DNA of 64,000 bases from Minisyncoccota bacterium (GTDB taxonomy: Bacteria; Patescibacteriota; Minisyncoccia; Minisyncoccales; JAGOPM01): NCBI GenBank assembly GCA_041651395.1, contig JBAZJI010000001.1, positions 763,920 through 827,919 on the forward strand, given 5' to 3'. Under the pieces are notes generated by a model. The model was given only the letters and a program-made list of their open reading frames with translations. It did no database searches and had not been told where the DNA came from. Positions within the stretch are counted from its first letter, which is position 1. Each line of letters begins with the position of its first letter. A program made the position numbers and the translations under genes. Of this stretch, positions 36,746 to 46,554 are shown in pieces.

Positions 36746-39235
36746 TTATACTGTCGTGATAGTAGCGGCCTTTTCCCCTTCTTCCAATTTCATTAGCCTC
36801 ACCCCTTGAGTGGTGCGTGATAGTTTGGGAACTGAAGAGAGGGCTAAACGGATAACTTGCCCTTTAATAGAAACAACAATCAGATCCTCTTCTTCTCCAG
36901 ATAAAATAGTGGCTGAGGCGACCGCACCGGTTTTGGGGGTCAAATTAAAAGCTTTGACGCCCGAGCCTCCCCTGCTCTGTAGCCGATACTCCTTAATATC
37001 GGTCTTCTTGCCGTAGCCGTTTTCCGAAACAAGCAAAACAAAATTATTTTTCGCGTCTTTCTTGACGACGCCTACCCCGACAATAATATCCTTATCCTTC
37101 AACCGCATGGCTGTAATGCCGGCAGCCTGCCTACCCATGGGGCGCACTTGCTTTTCTGGGAAGCGCACCGACATGCCATTTTTGGTGACAATCAACACCT
37201 CGTCATTTCCCGAGGTCTGCTTAACGGCACAAAGCGAATCGTCTTTTCTAAGCGTTAAGGCAATCAAGCCAGAGCGCCTGATATTCTGAAAATCAACCAA
37301 GGGAGATTTTTTGATTACACCATGCTTGGTAATCATCATCAGGAAATCTTTGCCTGACTTAATATCATCTTTGGTCAAGGCTAAAACAGCCATCACCTTC
37401 TCATTGGAAGAAATTTCCAAAAAGTTAGTTATGGCCCGGCCCTTCGAGCCTTTGCTGGCCTCAGGCACTTCGTAAGTGGGGATCCGGAAAACCCGCCCCG
37501 TATCAGTGAAAAACAAAAGTGAATCATGCGTATTGGCAGTCACGAAATGCTCGATGACATCATCACCGGACATTTTTACACCCGCACTGCCCTTACCGCC
37601 CCGATGCTGTAAGCGATAAGATTCCGGATTCATCCGCTTCACAAAACCCGTGGCCGTCATGGTGATGACCACATCTTCTTGCGGAATAAGATCCTCATCG
37701 GTCAGCTCATCGATTTTGCGTACCATGACTTTGGTACGTCGCTCGTCGGCAAACTGCTCCCTAAGCGTTTTTAACTCATCTTTCATGACCTCTTTGACCT
37801 TTTTAGGGTCTTTCAAAATATCGCCCAACTCTTTGATTTTGGCATGCAGGGCTTTAAGCTCTTCGTCAATTTTCTTCCTCTCCAATTTTGCTAAAGCCGC
37901 CAACTTGGTTTCCAAAATGGCATTAGCTTGGATCTCGTCAAGCTTGAAGCGTTTCATCAAATTCCTCTGAGCGTCAGCCCGATCGTCGGAGCGCCTAATT
38001 ATCGCAATCACCTCATCGATATCAGCCAAACATTTTGCCAAGCCTTCCAAGATATGAGCCCTCTGTCTGCATTTTTCCAAATCAAAAGCAATGCGCCTGC
38101 GGGTTACTATTTCCCGATGCTCGAGATAATGGGTCAAAACTTCCGCTAAAGATAAGACTTTGGGCTGAATGCCATTGACCAAAGCAAGCATATTAAGATG
38201 GTAATTCTTTTGCAGCCCAGAGTATTTATAGAATTGGTTCAAAACTTTCTGCGGAGGAATATCTTTCTGCAAATAAATGACAATCCTTACGCCTTCCTTG
38301 CCAGACTCATCCCTGATGTCGCGCACACCGATGACTTTTTTGTTTTCCACCAATTCGGCAAACTGCTCCACCAAGGAAGACTTTTCCGTTTCGTAGGGGA
38401 TCTCAGTAATTAAAATAATCGGCTTGCCCTGCTTGTCTTCTGTAATTTCCGCCTTGCCGCGGATCCGAATAGGGCCCTTGCCCTGAGAATAAGCAGCAAT
38501 GATTTCCTTCTTATCATAGATAATTCCCCCAGTCGGAAAATCAGGCCCTTGGACAAATTCAAATAAATCTTCGGTCGTCGCTTTCGGATGGTCGATTAAA
38601 TGGATAGAAGCATCGACAACCTCGCCTAAGTTGTGTGGCGGGATATTGGTCGCCATGCCCACGGCAATGCCCATGGCGCCGTTTAATAATAAGTTCGGCA
38701 ATAACGCCGGCAAAACAGTCGGCTCGCGCTTTGTACCGTCATAGTTATCGATAAAATCAACCGTGCCCCTGTTGATTTCATTTAGGGCTTGCTCGGCAAT
38801 TTTGGAAAGCTTAGCTTCCGTATACCTATAAGCAGCCGGCGGATCGCCATCAACTGAGCCGAAATTTCCCTGGCCAGTAACCAGCGGATAGCGATAAGAA
38901 AAGTCTTGCGCCATGCGCGCCATAGCCATATAAACCGATTGGTCTCCGTGCGGATGATATTTGGCAAGCACATCTCCGATTACCGCAGCGGATTTTTTGG
39001 TCTTCGCGCTGGAGTCTAAACCGATTTCGTACATGGAATACAAAATTCTCCTTTGTACAGGCTTCATTCCATCGCGCACATCAGGAAGCGCGCGCGAAAT
39101 AATAACTGACATCGCATAATCCAAATAGCTTTCTTTCATCTCATCAATAATTTCACGCGGCCGGACATTGCCCTTAACTATTTGGGACTGGATTGTCTGC
39201 TGTTTTTTTCCTTTTTCTTTTGGTGTTCTTGGCAT
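36746..39235 (-). CDS. gyrA: DNA gyrase subunit A
   Basis: 829 aa with [15 protein letters not shown], the active-site region [10 protein letters not shown], and C-terminal beta-pinwheel repeats. Confidence 0.97.
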   Translation of the reverse strand: MPRTPKEKGKKQQTIQSQIVKGNVRPREIIDEMKESYLDYAMSVIISRALPDVRDGMKPVQRRILYSMYEIGLDSSAKTKKSAAVIGDVLAKYHPHGDQSVYMAMARMAQDFSYRYPLVTGQGNFGSVDGDPPAAYRYTEAKLSKIAEQALNEINRGTVDFIDNYDGTKREPTVLPALLPNLLLNGAMGIAVGMATNIPPHNLGEVVDASIHLIDHPKATTEDLFEFVQGPDFPTGGIIYDKKEIIAAYSQGKGPIRIRGKAEITEDKQGKPIILITEIPYETEKSSLVEQFAELVENKKVIGVRDIRDESGKEGVRIVIYLQKDIPPQKVLNQFYKYSGLQKNYHLNMLALVNGIQPKVLSLAEVLTHYLEHREIVTRRRIAFDLEKCRQRAHILEGLAKCLADIDEVIAIIRRSDDRADAQRNLMKRFKLDEIQANAILETKLAALAKLERKKIDEELKALHAKIKELGDILKDPKKVKEVMKDELKTLREQFADERRTKVMVRKIDELTDEDLIPQEDVVITMTATGFVKRMNPESYRLQHRGGKGSAGVKMSGDDVIEHFVTANTHDSLLFFTDTGRVFRIPTYEVPEASKGSKGRAITNFLEISSNEKVMAVLALTKDDIKSGKDFLMMITKHGVIKKSPLVDFQNIRRSGLIALTLRKDDSLCAVKQTSGNDEVLIVTKNGMSVRFPEKQVRPMGRQAAGITAMRLKDKDIIVGVGVVKKDAKNNFVLLVSENGYGKKTDIKEYRLQSRGGSGVKAFNLTPKTGAVASATILSGEEEDLIVVSIKGQVIRLALSSVPKLSRTTQGVRLMKLEEGEKAATITTV

Positions 39236-39240
39236 ACTCT

Positions 39241-39666
39241 TTAATTGTTTTTCACCGGTTGCGAATTTGTCGAATTTGTCGTAGTTTCAAAAAACTGTTC
39301 TCCGATTTCCGATTGCAATTCCTTGAGGGCTTCTAAAGTTGAGCTCGAACTTGTGGCATTATCTAAAGCCTCCATATTTTTTCCCGTTTCGTTTATCTTC
39401 TGCACACCCTGCCCCATTCTTTCGGCATTATTTTTTGCTTTATCCAATAATGGCCTGGCTTCTTGGTACCCGGCGTTGTCCCAGTTGATAAAACTGGTGC
39501 CCTCTTTCATATTCATACTTTTCAAGCGCGTTTGAAAAATTCCCGCATAAATCAACCCGCCAATAATCGCTATGATTATACACAAGGCATAAAGCAGCAA
39601 AATTCTCTCTTCCTGGGGGCGGTTGAGAATTTTCTTCCAAAGTTTTTTTAAGTCTTCGGTCATCAA
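39241..39666 (-). CDS. membrane-anchored hypothetical protein
   Basis: 141 aa with one TM. ATGA-type overlap with the upstream gene. Confidence 0.5.
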   Translation of the reverse strand: MMTEDLKKLWKKILNRPQEERILLLYALCIIIAIIGGLIYAGIFQTRLKSMNMKEGTSFINWDNAGYQEARPLLDKAKNNAERMGQGVQKINETGKNMEALDNATSSSSTLEALKELQSEIGEQFFETTTNSTNSQPVKNN

Positions 39667-40316
39667 GGAGTTAAGACGACTACTTTTATATTATCATCAG
39701 GCAAATCTTTTTGCTTGATTAAAAGTTTATCCTGTTTTTCGGGCGTTTCCCCGATAGCCTTCAAAAACTTTTCCGGTCCATCAATTTTTAATTTGTAGTC
39801 CGGCAAATGATAAAACATAGGAATGACGATCTTGGGCTCAACCTGCGTTACGATTGCGGCCGCGTCATTGCCATCAACGGTATAGCCACCGTCACCTACC
39901 GGAATTAATAAAATATCCACATCCCCTATTTCTTCTAACTGCGACGGAGTTAGTTCTTTTTGATTGAAAAGGCCCAAATGACAAATATTCATATTCTCAG
40001 CCTCAACCGTGAAGATAGTATTAGGGTTGCCTTCTTTATTTTTGGAAATTGAAGCCGGGCATGCAATGCCTTTGATATAAATCTCTTTGATTTCATACTC
40101 TCCCGGCCCATCAACAACATGGACTAATTCATCCGAACCAGTCACTAAATTTTCTTTTTCCGTTATCTGGGTAGATAAAATAATATCTGACTTAACGCGA
40201 GAAATTTTCGTTTCCGTAGAGGTATCGTAGGGATCAATTACCAAGCTGATTTGCTCGCCTTTATTTTGCGACACTAAAAGATTGAAGCAGGATTGCCCCT
40301 TCCAAATAATATGCAT
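39663..40316 (-). CDS. MBL-fold metal-dependent hydrolase (UPF0173-like)
   Basis: N-terminus MHIIWKGQSCF, with the 217-aa size and layout typical of this family. Confidence 0.7.
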   Translation of the reverse strand: MHIIWKGQSCFNLLVSQNKGEQISLVIDPYDTSTETKISRVKSDIILSTQITEKENLVTGSDELVHVVDGPGEYEIKEIYIKGIACPASISKNKEGNPNTIFTVEAENMNICHLGLFNQKELTPSQLEEIGDVDILLIPVGDGGYTVDGNDAAAIVTQVEPKIVIPMFYHLPDYKLKIDGPEKFLKAIGETPEKQDKLLIKQKDLPDDNIKVVVLTP

Positions 40317-40424
40317 AAATTTTCTTTCGTTTCTATCTTATCATGGCTGACTTCAATTATCAACGCCAAAAAATTCAAAAAATGCCTAGGGGGCTTGATT
40401 TTTCCGCCAAAATGTATTATTTTA

Positions 40425-41327
40425 ATGCTTAGTCAAACTATGAAGCCAGAAACGCAAGAAATAATTCAGGACACCGTAAAAATCCCCAAACCGGGCAATA
40501 TCGTGGAAGGCACGGTAATCGGCACGGGCAGATCGGCTGTCTATATAGATATCAAGGGCTCAAGGCCTGCCATTATCTATGGCCGCGAATTTATAGCGGC
40601 TAAAAACGTGCTCAAAAATATCCAAAAGGGCACGATGATTCGTGGAAAAGTTGTTAGCCCCGAAAACAAGGATGGATACATTGAGATCTCTATCCGCGAC
40701 GCCCAAGATTTCTATAGTTGGGACAAGCTCGATGAACTAAAGAACAAGAAAGAAACCACTAAAGCAAGGATAACCGGCGCCAACAAAGGCGGATTACTCA
40801 CGACTGTTTTAGGCGTACCCGCTTTCTTGCCGGTCAGCCAGCTCTCAGCCAAGAATTACCCGAAAGTCGATGATAAGGATTCAGAAAAAATATTAAGAAA
40901 GCTGCAAGAACTTGTCGGCAAAGATTTAGACGTCAAAGTTATCGACGTCTCCAAGCGTGAAAACAAACTGATTATCTCCGAAAAAGCCACTACTCAAGAA
41001 GTGACGGAAATATTAAAGAAATACAAAATCGGCGACGTGGTCAAGGGCGAAATCACTGAAGTTACCAATTTCGGTGCCTTCATCAAATTCCCCCACCCTG
41101 ATTTGGAATACGAGGGCTTAATCCACATTTCCGAACTTGATTGGAAAATGGTCCGCAACCCGGCTGATATTGCCAAAACCGGCGAAATAGTTGATGCCCA
41201 AATCGTCAATATTAATGACGATGGCAGAATTTTCTTATCACTCAAAGCGTTAAAGGAGCGCCCGGCCAGAACCGTTAAGCCTAAAGCTAAAGAGTCTGAA
41301 AAGGCTCCTGAAGCAGCCGCGCAATAA
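40425..41327 (+). CDS. S1 RNA-binding domain protein (ribosomal protein S1-like, 3 S1 repeats)
   Basis: Repeated G..V.G.V......G..V.. S1 motifs (GNIVEGTVIG; GDVVKGEITEVTNFGAFIKF). The start is uncertain (ATG at 40425 or 40440). The ORF-track start at 40293 overlaps the divergent gene. Confidence 0.8.
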   Translation: MLSQTMKPETQEIIQDTVKIPKPGNIVEGTVIGTGRSAVYIDIKGSRPAIIYGREFIAAKNVLKNIQKGTMIRGKVVSPENKDGYIEISIRDAQDFYSWDKLDELKNKKETTKARITGANKGGLLTTVLGVPAFLPVSQLSAKNYPKVDDKDSEKILRKLQELVGKDLDVKVIDVSKRENKLIISEKATTQEVTEILKKYKIGDVVKGEITEVTNFGAFIKFPHPDLEYEGLIHISELDWKMVRNPADIAKTGEIVDAQIVNINDDGRIFLSLKALKERPARTVKPKAKESEKAPEAAAQ

Positions 41328-41369
41328 AGGATATTTGGGCCCTGAGCCCGAAATTTAACTAAATAGCAC

Positions 41370-43253
41370 ATGAACAAATCTCTCAAAGACCTTGGGAAAA
41401 ACATTGCCATTGTAATACTGGTGTTTTTTGTCGCGTCTGCGGTTTTAGCCGGACTTTCTGGCCTTGGCCAAACCAAAGACAAAAGCGTTTCGCTATCTCA
41501 GCTCTCCAAAGATATAAACGAGGGCAATGTCAAAAAAATTACGGTTACGGGGCAAAAAATCGAGGCAACTTATTCCGACGAGAAGACCATTAAAGAAACC
41601 TACAAGGAAGAAGGCTCGGCCTTAACCCAAACTCTTAAAAATTTTGGCGTAAATGAGGAAGCGCTTAAACGCGTAGATCTCTCTGTTCAAGAACAGAAGC
41701 AGAGCACTTGGGATTGGCTCCTTCCCCTACTCCTTTATAACCTTTTGCCGTTATTGGTAATTGGATTTTTTGTAATGCAAATGTTTAAGCAGAGCAAAAA
41801 TCAGGGTGGACAAGTTTTTGATTTTTCCAAAGCCCGAGCCAAACTTTTCGATAAGGATAAAACAAAGCACAAAATATCATTTGAGGATGTTGGCGGCCTA
41901 ACCGAAGCTAAAGAAGAACTCAAGGAAGTAGTAGACTTCTTAAAAACCCCGCAAAAATTCATGCAAATAGGTGCTCGGGTTCCCCGCGGCATTTTGTTAG
42001 TTGGTCCGACTGGGACCGGCAAAACTTTACTGGCTCGGGCCATTGCCGCTCAGGCCAATGTTCCTTTTTTCTCCATCTCTGGCTCGGAATTTATCGAACT
42101 TTTTGTAGGTGTGGGCGCTGCGCGGGTGCGTGATCTTTTTTCCACAGCCAAAAAACACCAGCCTTCCATTATTTTTATCGACGAGCTTGACGCTATTGGT
42201 GGCAAACGGGGCCCCGGATTTGGTGGGGGCCACGAGGAAAGAGAACAAACACTGAATCAAATTTTGGTAGAAATGGACGGTTTTGAAAGGGATAGCACTT
42301 GCATTATTTTGGCCGCTACCAATCGGCCCGATACTTTGGACGCCGCTCTTTTACGGCCCGGGCGCTTTGACAGACGTGTAGTTTTTGACTTGCCTGATGT
42401 TAAGAACCGCGAAGAAATATTAAATATCCACTGCAAAGATAAACAAATTGATAACACGATAAAATTAGACGAAATTGCCGAACGGACACCGGGGTTTTCC
42501 GGAGCCGATTTGGCCAACTTAGTAAATGAAGCGGCTCTCTTGGCCGTTAAGCATAATAAAGCACGGGTCGGCCAAACTGAGCTGCTCAATTCGATAGACA
42601 AAGTCTTGCTTGGTCCGGAAAGAAAAAGCCATTTACTTTCCACTAAAGAAAAAGAAATCTCCGCCTATCATGAGGCGGGGCACGCCATTGTTAATACTTT
42701 TGTGCCCAATGGGAAAGATGTGCGCAAAGTTTCCATCATTTCGCGCGGCATGGCCGGGGGCTATACCCTTACCCTGCCCAAAGAAGAAAGGCACTTCAAA
42801 ACCAGGACTGAATTTGTTTCCGAAATTGCCACCCTATTGGGGGGATATGTAGCGGAAAAAACTGTCTTTAACGACATTACAACCGGGGCGGGTAATGACC
42901 TTGAAGTAGCTTCTAATATTGCCAGGTCATTAGTGAAAGAGTATGGCATGAGCGCCTTAGGGCCTATTACTTTTGGCCAGAGGGAAGAGCTAATGTACCT
43001 GCAATCCCCCGAACACGAAACGAAAAATTATTCCGAAAAAGTGGCGGAAAAAATCGATGAAGAGGTAGCGAATCTTATCCAGTCTGCCCAAAATGAAGCC
43101 CAGAGATTGCTTAATGAAAACCGCGATCTCTTAATGAAAACCGCCAAAGTACTCATTGAAAAAGAGACTATTGAAAAGGAAGATTTTGAAGAGTTGATCA
43201 AGGCGGACAAAGGTCCCCGCGCCCTCAAGGCTCGAACCAAAAAGCAAGAATAA
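41370..43253 (+). CDS. ftsH: ATP-dependent zinc metalloprotease FtsH
   Basis: AAA+ Walker A GPTGTGKT, Walker [12 protein letters not shown] region, zinc site HEAGHA. Confidence 0.97.
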   Translation: MNKSLKDLGKNIAIVILVFFVASAVLAGLSGLGQTKDKSVSLSQLSKDINEGNVKKITVTGQKIEATYSDEKTIKETYKEEGSALTQTLKNFGVNEEALKRVDLSVQEQKQSTWDWLLPLLLYNLLPLLVIGFFVMQMFKQSKNQGGQVFDFSKARAKLFDKDKTKHKISFEDVGGLTEAKEELKEVVDFLKTPQKFMQIGARVPRGILLVGPTGTGKTLLARAIAAQANVPFFSISGSEFIELFVGVGAARVRDLFSTAKKHQPSIIFIDELDAIGGKRGPGFGGGHEEREQTLNQILVEMDGFERDSTCIILAATNRPDTLDAALLRPGRFDRRVVFDLPDVKNREEILNIHCKDKQIDNTIKLDEIAERTPGFSGADLANLVNEAALLAVKHNKARVGQTELLNSIDKVLLGPERKSHLLSTKEKEISAYHEAGHAIVNTFVPNGKDVRKVSIISRGMAGGYTLTLPKEERHFKTRTEFVSEIATLLGGYVAEKTVFNDITTGAGNDLEVASNIARSLVKEYGMSALGPITFGQREELMYLQSPEHETKNYSEKVAEKIDEEVANLIQSAQNEAQRLLNENRDLLMKTAKVLIEKETIEKEDFEELIKADKGPRALKARTKKQE

Positions 43254-43320
43254 TAAATTTGAAAGCCTGATTATTTTCTGATAGTAAAATATTATTGGGG
43301 CGCCTGTGGCGCCCTAAAAT

Positions 43321-43395
43321 GGGCGTATAGCTCAGTGGTAGAGCACAGCTCTTATAAAGCTGTGGCCGATGGTTCGATCCCATCTACGCCCACCA
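43321..43395 (+). tRNA. tRNA-Ile (anticodon UAU), CCA encoded
   Basis: GGGCGTA TA GCTC AGTGGTA GAGC A CAGCT CTTATAA AGCTG .. GATGG TTCGATC CCATC TACGCCC A CCA. The anticodon loop reads UAU. Confidence 0.85.
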
Positions 43396-43416
43396 AAGAA
43401 CCTTTAGGTTCTTTTT
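43396..43416 (+). terminator. terminator after tRNA-Ile
   Basis: AGAACC TTTA GGTTCT followed by a T5 tract. Confidence 0.75.
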
Positions 43417-43491
43417 ATTGTTGTTGTAAAACCCTTGCATTTATTAGTCCAATATGTTAAAATCGTACCCGTTAGCTAAACTTTGAAAAAT

Positions 43492-44205
43492 ATGGCCGGA
43501 CTAAATATTATCTATGAAGACCAGTATATTTTGGCCATAGATAAGCCGGCCGGCATTATTTGTTTTGGGGAAAATGAATACCAAAAAAGCGAACCATCCA
43601 TAGCTAAAATACTCTTGGAGGGGCGCCCAGAACAAGCCCAAATTGGAGAGCCACCTAGATATGGGATTGCTCATCGCCTAGATAAAGAAACATCCGGTCT
43701 TCTGCTAGCAGCCAAAGATAATGGGACGTTATCATGGCTACAAGAAGGATTTAAGGAGCATGGCGTGAGCAAAACCTATTTGGCCTTAGTGGCCGGAAAA
43801 CTGCCCCAAAGCCAAGGAACTATTGAGGCGGTAATCGGCCGGCATCCCAATGACCGGACCAAACAAGCAGCATTCCTGCCCATTGATCCGCAAGCGCAAA
43901 AAAAGGGCATAAGGCCGGCAATCACAAACTGGAAGAAGGTTAAAGAATTTGCAAACTACACCTTAGTGGAGGCACAGCCCGAGACAGGCCGTCGCCACCA
44001 AATAAGGGTCCACTTCCAATTTATTGGCCATCCGTTAGCTGGAGATAAAGTTTATGGGTTCAAAGACCAATCCCTGCCCCAGGGATTAACCAGACACTTT
44101 CTCCACGCCGCCCGAGTTTCGCTAAAAAATAAGGACGGGCAAATCCTAACACTAGAATGCCCGCTCCCCCCAGATTTAGAAATTGTATTGAAAAATTTGA
44201 AATAA
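43492..44205 (+). CDS. RluA-family pseudouridine synthase
   Basis: Catalytic motif HRLDKETSGLLL. I preferred the ATG at 43492 over the TTG at 43483. Confidence 0.9.
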   Translation: MAGLNIIYEDQYILAIDKPAGIICFGENEYQKSEPSIAKILLEGRPEQAQIGEPPRYGIAHRLDKETSGLLLAAKDNGTLSWLQEGFKEHGVSKTYLALVAGKLPQSQGTIEAVIGRHPNDRTKQAAFLPIDPQAQKKGIRPAITNWKKVKEFANYTLVEAQPETGRRHQIRVHFQFIGHPLAGDKVYGFKDQSLPQGLTRHFLHAARVSLKNKDGQILTLECPLPPDLEIVLKNLK

Positions 44206-44211
44206 AATAAT

Positions 44212-44598
44212 ATGTTGACCAAAGCAGACAAATTCATAGCCGCCCACAAAAAGGAAACTACCCCGGACATTATGCCCGGCGATAACGTTCGCGTTATCCA
44301 AAAATTTAAGGAGGGCAGCAAAGACAAAACCCAACCCTTCGAAGGCAAAGTTTTGGCTATCAAGCACAACAAAGAAATCGGTGGTACTTTTACCGTACGC
44401 GCCGAAATCGATGGTGTTGGCGTTGAAAAAATCTTCCCTATCCACTCTCCAGCCATTGAAAGTATTACTGTCTTGGAGAGGTTTATAACTAGAAGGGCGA
44501 AGGTTTATTACTTGCGCGATGCCAAAGGCAAGAGGGCTAGGCTTAAAAAACATCCTAAACAGCCTATCTCTGTTGCCAAGACCGCTAAAAACGAATAA
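44212..44598 (+). CDS. rplS: 50S ribosomal protein L19
   Basis: PGDNVRVIQKFKEG...FEGKVLAIKH....TFTVR...GVGVEKIFPIHSP..ESI.V, the canonical L19 pattern. Confidence 0.95.
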   Translation: MLTKADKFIAAHKKETTPDIMPGDNVRVIQKFKEGSKDKTQPFEGKVLAIKHNKEIGGTFTVRAEIDGVGVEKIFPIHSPAIESITVLERFITRRAKVYYLRDAKGKRARLKKHPKQPISVAKTAKNE

Positions 44599-44638
44599 AA
44601 TAATCTCATTAGCCGCGCCCTAAATTGGGGCGCGCATT

Positions 44639-44722
44639 GCCCAGGTGGTGAAATTGGCATACACGCTACCTTGAGGTGGTAGAGCCAGTAATGGCGTGGA
44701 GGTTCGAGTCCTCTCCTGGGCA
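44639..44722 (+). tRNA. tRNA-Leu (anticodon GAG)
   Basis: Acceptor GCCCAGG/CCTGGGC, anticodon stem CTACC/GGTAG, loop TTGAGGT, long variable arm. Confidence 0.85.
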
Positions 44723-44732
44723 CAGGCTCACT

Positions 44733-44806
44733 GGACGATTAGCTCAGTTGGCCAGAGCGCATCATTTACACTGATGAGGTCGCAGGTTCGAGCCCTGCAT
44801 CGTCCA
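44733..44806 (+). tRNA. tRNA-Val (anticodon UAC)
   Basis: GGACGAT..GCTCAGTTGGCCAGAGC..CATCA TTTACAC TGATG..GCAGG TTCGAGC CCTGC ATCGTCC A. Confidence 0.9.
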
Positions 44807-44914
44807 CAGGCAAAAGGGCGAGCATCGAGCCCTACCCTGCATCATTAGATGAATAAGTCATAATGTCTTATTCCCTCTTTTCAAGCATATAGTTTTTCTG
44901 TTAGAATACCGTAC

Positions 44915-44991
44915 GCCTCGGTAGCTCAGTGGTAGAGCGTTCCGCTGAAAACGGAAAGGTTTCGATGGTTCGATTCCATTCCGAGGCACCA
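44915..44991 (+). tRNA. tRNA-Phe (anticodon GAA), CCA encoded
   Basis: Acceptor GCCTCGG/CCGAGGC, anticodon stem TTCCG/CGGAA, loop CTGAAAA. By my fold the variable region is 7 nt. Confidence 0.85.
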
Positions 44992-44995
44992 GAAT

Positions 44996-45070
44996 GCGGG
45001 TGTCGTATAGTGGCTATTACACATCCTTGCCATGGATGAGACGAGGGTTCGATTCCCTTCACCCGCTCCA
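44996..45070 (+). tRNA. tRNA-Gly (anticodon GCC), CCA encoded
   Basis: Acceptor GCGGGTG/CACCCGC, anticodon stem CATCC/GGATG, loop TTGCCAT, T-arm GAGGG TTCGATT CCCTT, discriminator U. Confidence 0.9.
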
Positions 45071-45099
45071 AGAAAAAATGCCCCGCAAGGGGTGTTTTT
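45056..45099 (+). repeat. 44-nt direct repeat, copy 1 (tRNA-Gly 3' end plus its terminator)
   Basis: CCTTCACCCGCTCCAAGAAAAAATGCCCCGCAAGGGGTGTTTTT, identical to 45221-45264. Confidence 0.95.
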
Positions 45100-45118
45100 T
45101 GTTGGTTTGATTAGTGTT

Positions 45119-45264
45119 GAAGGGAATCGAAGGCGGAGCCGCGACTGGCGGCGAGCCGGGCCCTGAGGCAAAGTCACCAGACTTTGACCGAAGGGCGATT
45201 CTCCGCCGCAGGCGGACAGGCCTTCACCCGCTCCAAGAAAAAATGCCCCGCAAGGGGTGTTTTT
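45119..45264 (+). ncRNA. candidate structured RNA / tRNA-trailer module (uncharacterised)
   Basis: GC-rich and hairpin-dense: GGCGGAG 45132-38 with CTCCGCC 45201-07; CCGC/GCGG 45139-51; CAAAGTC/GACTTTG 45169-86. It ends in a copy of the tRNA-Gly 3' end plus an intrinsic terminator. There is no expression evidence. Confidence 0.3.
45221..45264 (+). repeat. 44-nt direct repeat, copy 2
   Basis: Perfect copy of 45056-45099, 165 nt downstream. Confidence 0.95.
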
Positions 45265-45332
45265 ATTGCAATAGGCCCCGCCGAAACATCCCCTCAAACC
45301 AACCCTTATTTTCCAAGGGTTTTTTAGGGTCA

Positions 45333-45389
45333 AAAAAGCCTTATTTTACGTGGTTTTTGCCGAAAAAGCCTTATTTTACAATGGTTTTT
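45333..45389 (+). repeat. tandem direct repeat (2 units, period 30) upstream of the 3D-domain gene
   Basis: AAAAAGCCTTATTTTACGTGGTTTTT followed by AAAAAGCCTTATTTTACAATGGTTTTT. Confidence 0.85.
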
Positions 45390-45471
45390 TGAAAATGACC
45401 GCTTGACAAAAGCCCAAAAATTTGCTAACATTATAGTATAATTTCGTCCGAAAGGATGATTTTTATTTATT

Positions 45472-45942
45472 ATGAGTTTACGCAGTATTATTACACTTTT
45501 GATTGTTTGCGCCGCAGCTATCTGCTTCGATCCCATGATGTTTATCACGGCATCAGAAAAAGATAATTACGCCGCCTCAACGAGCGAGTTAAGCCTGCCA
45601 AACTTCCCCATGCTACAGGGAAACTCTTTGTTTGCCTTAAGCCGCAAAGTAGTCAAAAAAATAAAAGTAACCGTAACGGCCTATTCCTCTACGGTCGAAG
45701 AATGTGATAATTCCCCTTTTGTGACCGCCACGGGTAATTATGTGCGCGAAGGTATTGTTGCCGCTAATTTCGTCCCTTTTGGAACTAGGATCAGGATCCC
45801 GGAAGTCTTCGGCGATAAAGAATTCATTGTTGATGACAGAATGCATCCGCGCAACAAGAAAAATATTGATATCTGGATGCCTTCCAAAGCGCTTGCCATG
45901 GAATTTGGAAAAAAATATACTTATATTGAAGTTTTAGACTGA
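45472..45942 (+). CDS. 3D (Asp-Asp-Asp) domain protein, MltA/RlpA-like double-psi beta-barrel, secreted
   Basis: Signal peptide, then VTVTAYSS....CDNSPFVTATG......GIVAAN..PFGTRIRIP..FG...F.V.DRM........IDIWM. Confidence 0.8.
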   Translation: MSLRSIITLLIVCAAAICFDPMMFITASEKDNYAASTSELSLPNFPMLQGNSLFALSRKVVKKIKVTVTAYSSTVEECDNSPFVTATGNYVREGIVAANFVPFGTRIRIPEVFGDKEFIVDDRMHPRNKKNIDIWMPSKALAMEFGKKYTYIEVLD

Positions 45943-46020
45943 TAAAAGCCCTTTCAAGAGGGCTTTTATTTTAGTTTTTCACTTTCCTCAAACGAATAGA
46001 AACGCTATAATATTGCCATA

Positions 46021-46554
46021 ATGGATCGCCTTGAACTGAAAAAATTGTTTGAGAGCGCCAAGGCCGGAGACAAAAAGTCTTTTGATTTAATATACCAACA
46101 ATACTATTCCCCTATTTTTCGCTACGTTTATTATCGCACTAAAAACAAAACTGAAAGCGAAGATTTGACCCAAGATATTTTTATTAAATTTTACAAGCAT
46201 TTGGCCGGTTTTGAAGTTGGGGAAAAAGATCCGCTTTGTTATTTTTTCACCATCGCCAAAAATACGGTGATTGATTGGCAGCGAAAGAAGAAACCCATTT
46301 ATTGTGAAGAAATTGTTGAGGCAACAACTGAAACAAAGACCTCGCGTAACGAAACCGATTACCTTGCTGGCAAAATTATGCAGACTCTCAAGCTGCTGCC
46401 AACCGATCAACAAGAAGCTGTGGTGCTACGCATCATTCAAGGCTATGATAACAAAAAAATTGCCCAGATACTAAACACCAGCGAGGGCAATGTGAGACAA
46501 TTGCAGAGCCGGGCTTTCAAGAAGCTGCGTAACTACATGAAGATATATAAATAA
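46021..46554 (+). CDS. RNA polymerase sigma factor, ECF-type (sigma-70 family)
   Basis: Region 2 (EDLTQDIFIKFYKHL, FFTIAKNTVIDWQRK) and region 4 (LPTDQQEAVVLRIIQGYDNKKIAQIL). Confidence 0.9.
   Translation: MDRLELKKLFESAKAGDKKSFDLIYQQYYSPIFRYVYYRTKNKTESEDLTQDIFIKFYKHLAGFEVGEKDPLCYFFTIAKNTVIDWQRKKKPIYCEEIVEATTETKTSRNETDYLAGKIMQTLKLLPTDQQEAVVLRIIQGYDNKKIAQILNTSEGNVRQLQSRAFKKLRNYMKIYK

Noticed and set aside
45139-45215. A ZTP (pfl) riboswitch.
   Set aside because: CGACTGGCGG resembles the conserved 5' UGACUGGCG element. However, the 3' sub-domain reads CCGCCGCAGGCGG instead of CCGCCUGGGC, and no purine or folate gene follows.
45056-45264. A conventional integrated prophage or genomic island at tRNA-Gly. 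The same idea was considered at the Ser-CGA and His loci.
   Set aside because: The direct repeats bracket only 96-146 nt, which has no coding capacity, and there is no integrase or phage gene anywhere in the window. At most these are scars or miniature elements.
44926-45333. A 135-aa minus-strand ORF, plus the 92-aa plus-strand ORF at 45114-45392.
   Set aside because: They run antisense or sense through tRNA-Phe, tRNA-Gly and the duplicated terminator module. The internal peptide repeat simply reflects the 44-nt DNA duplication.
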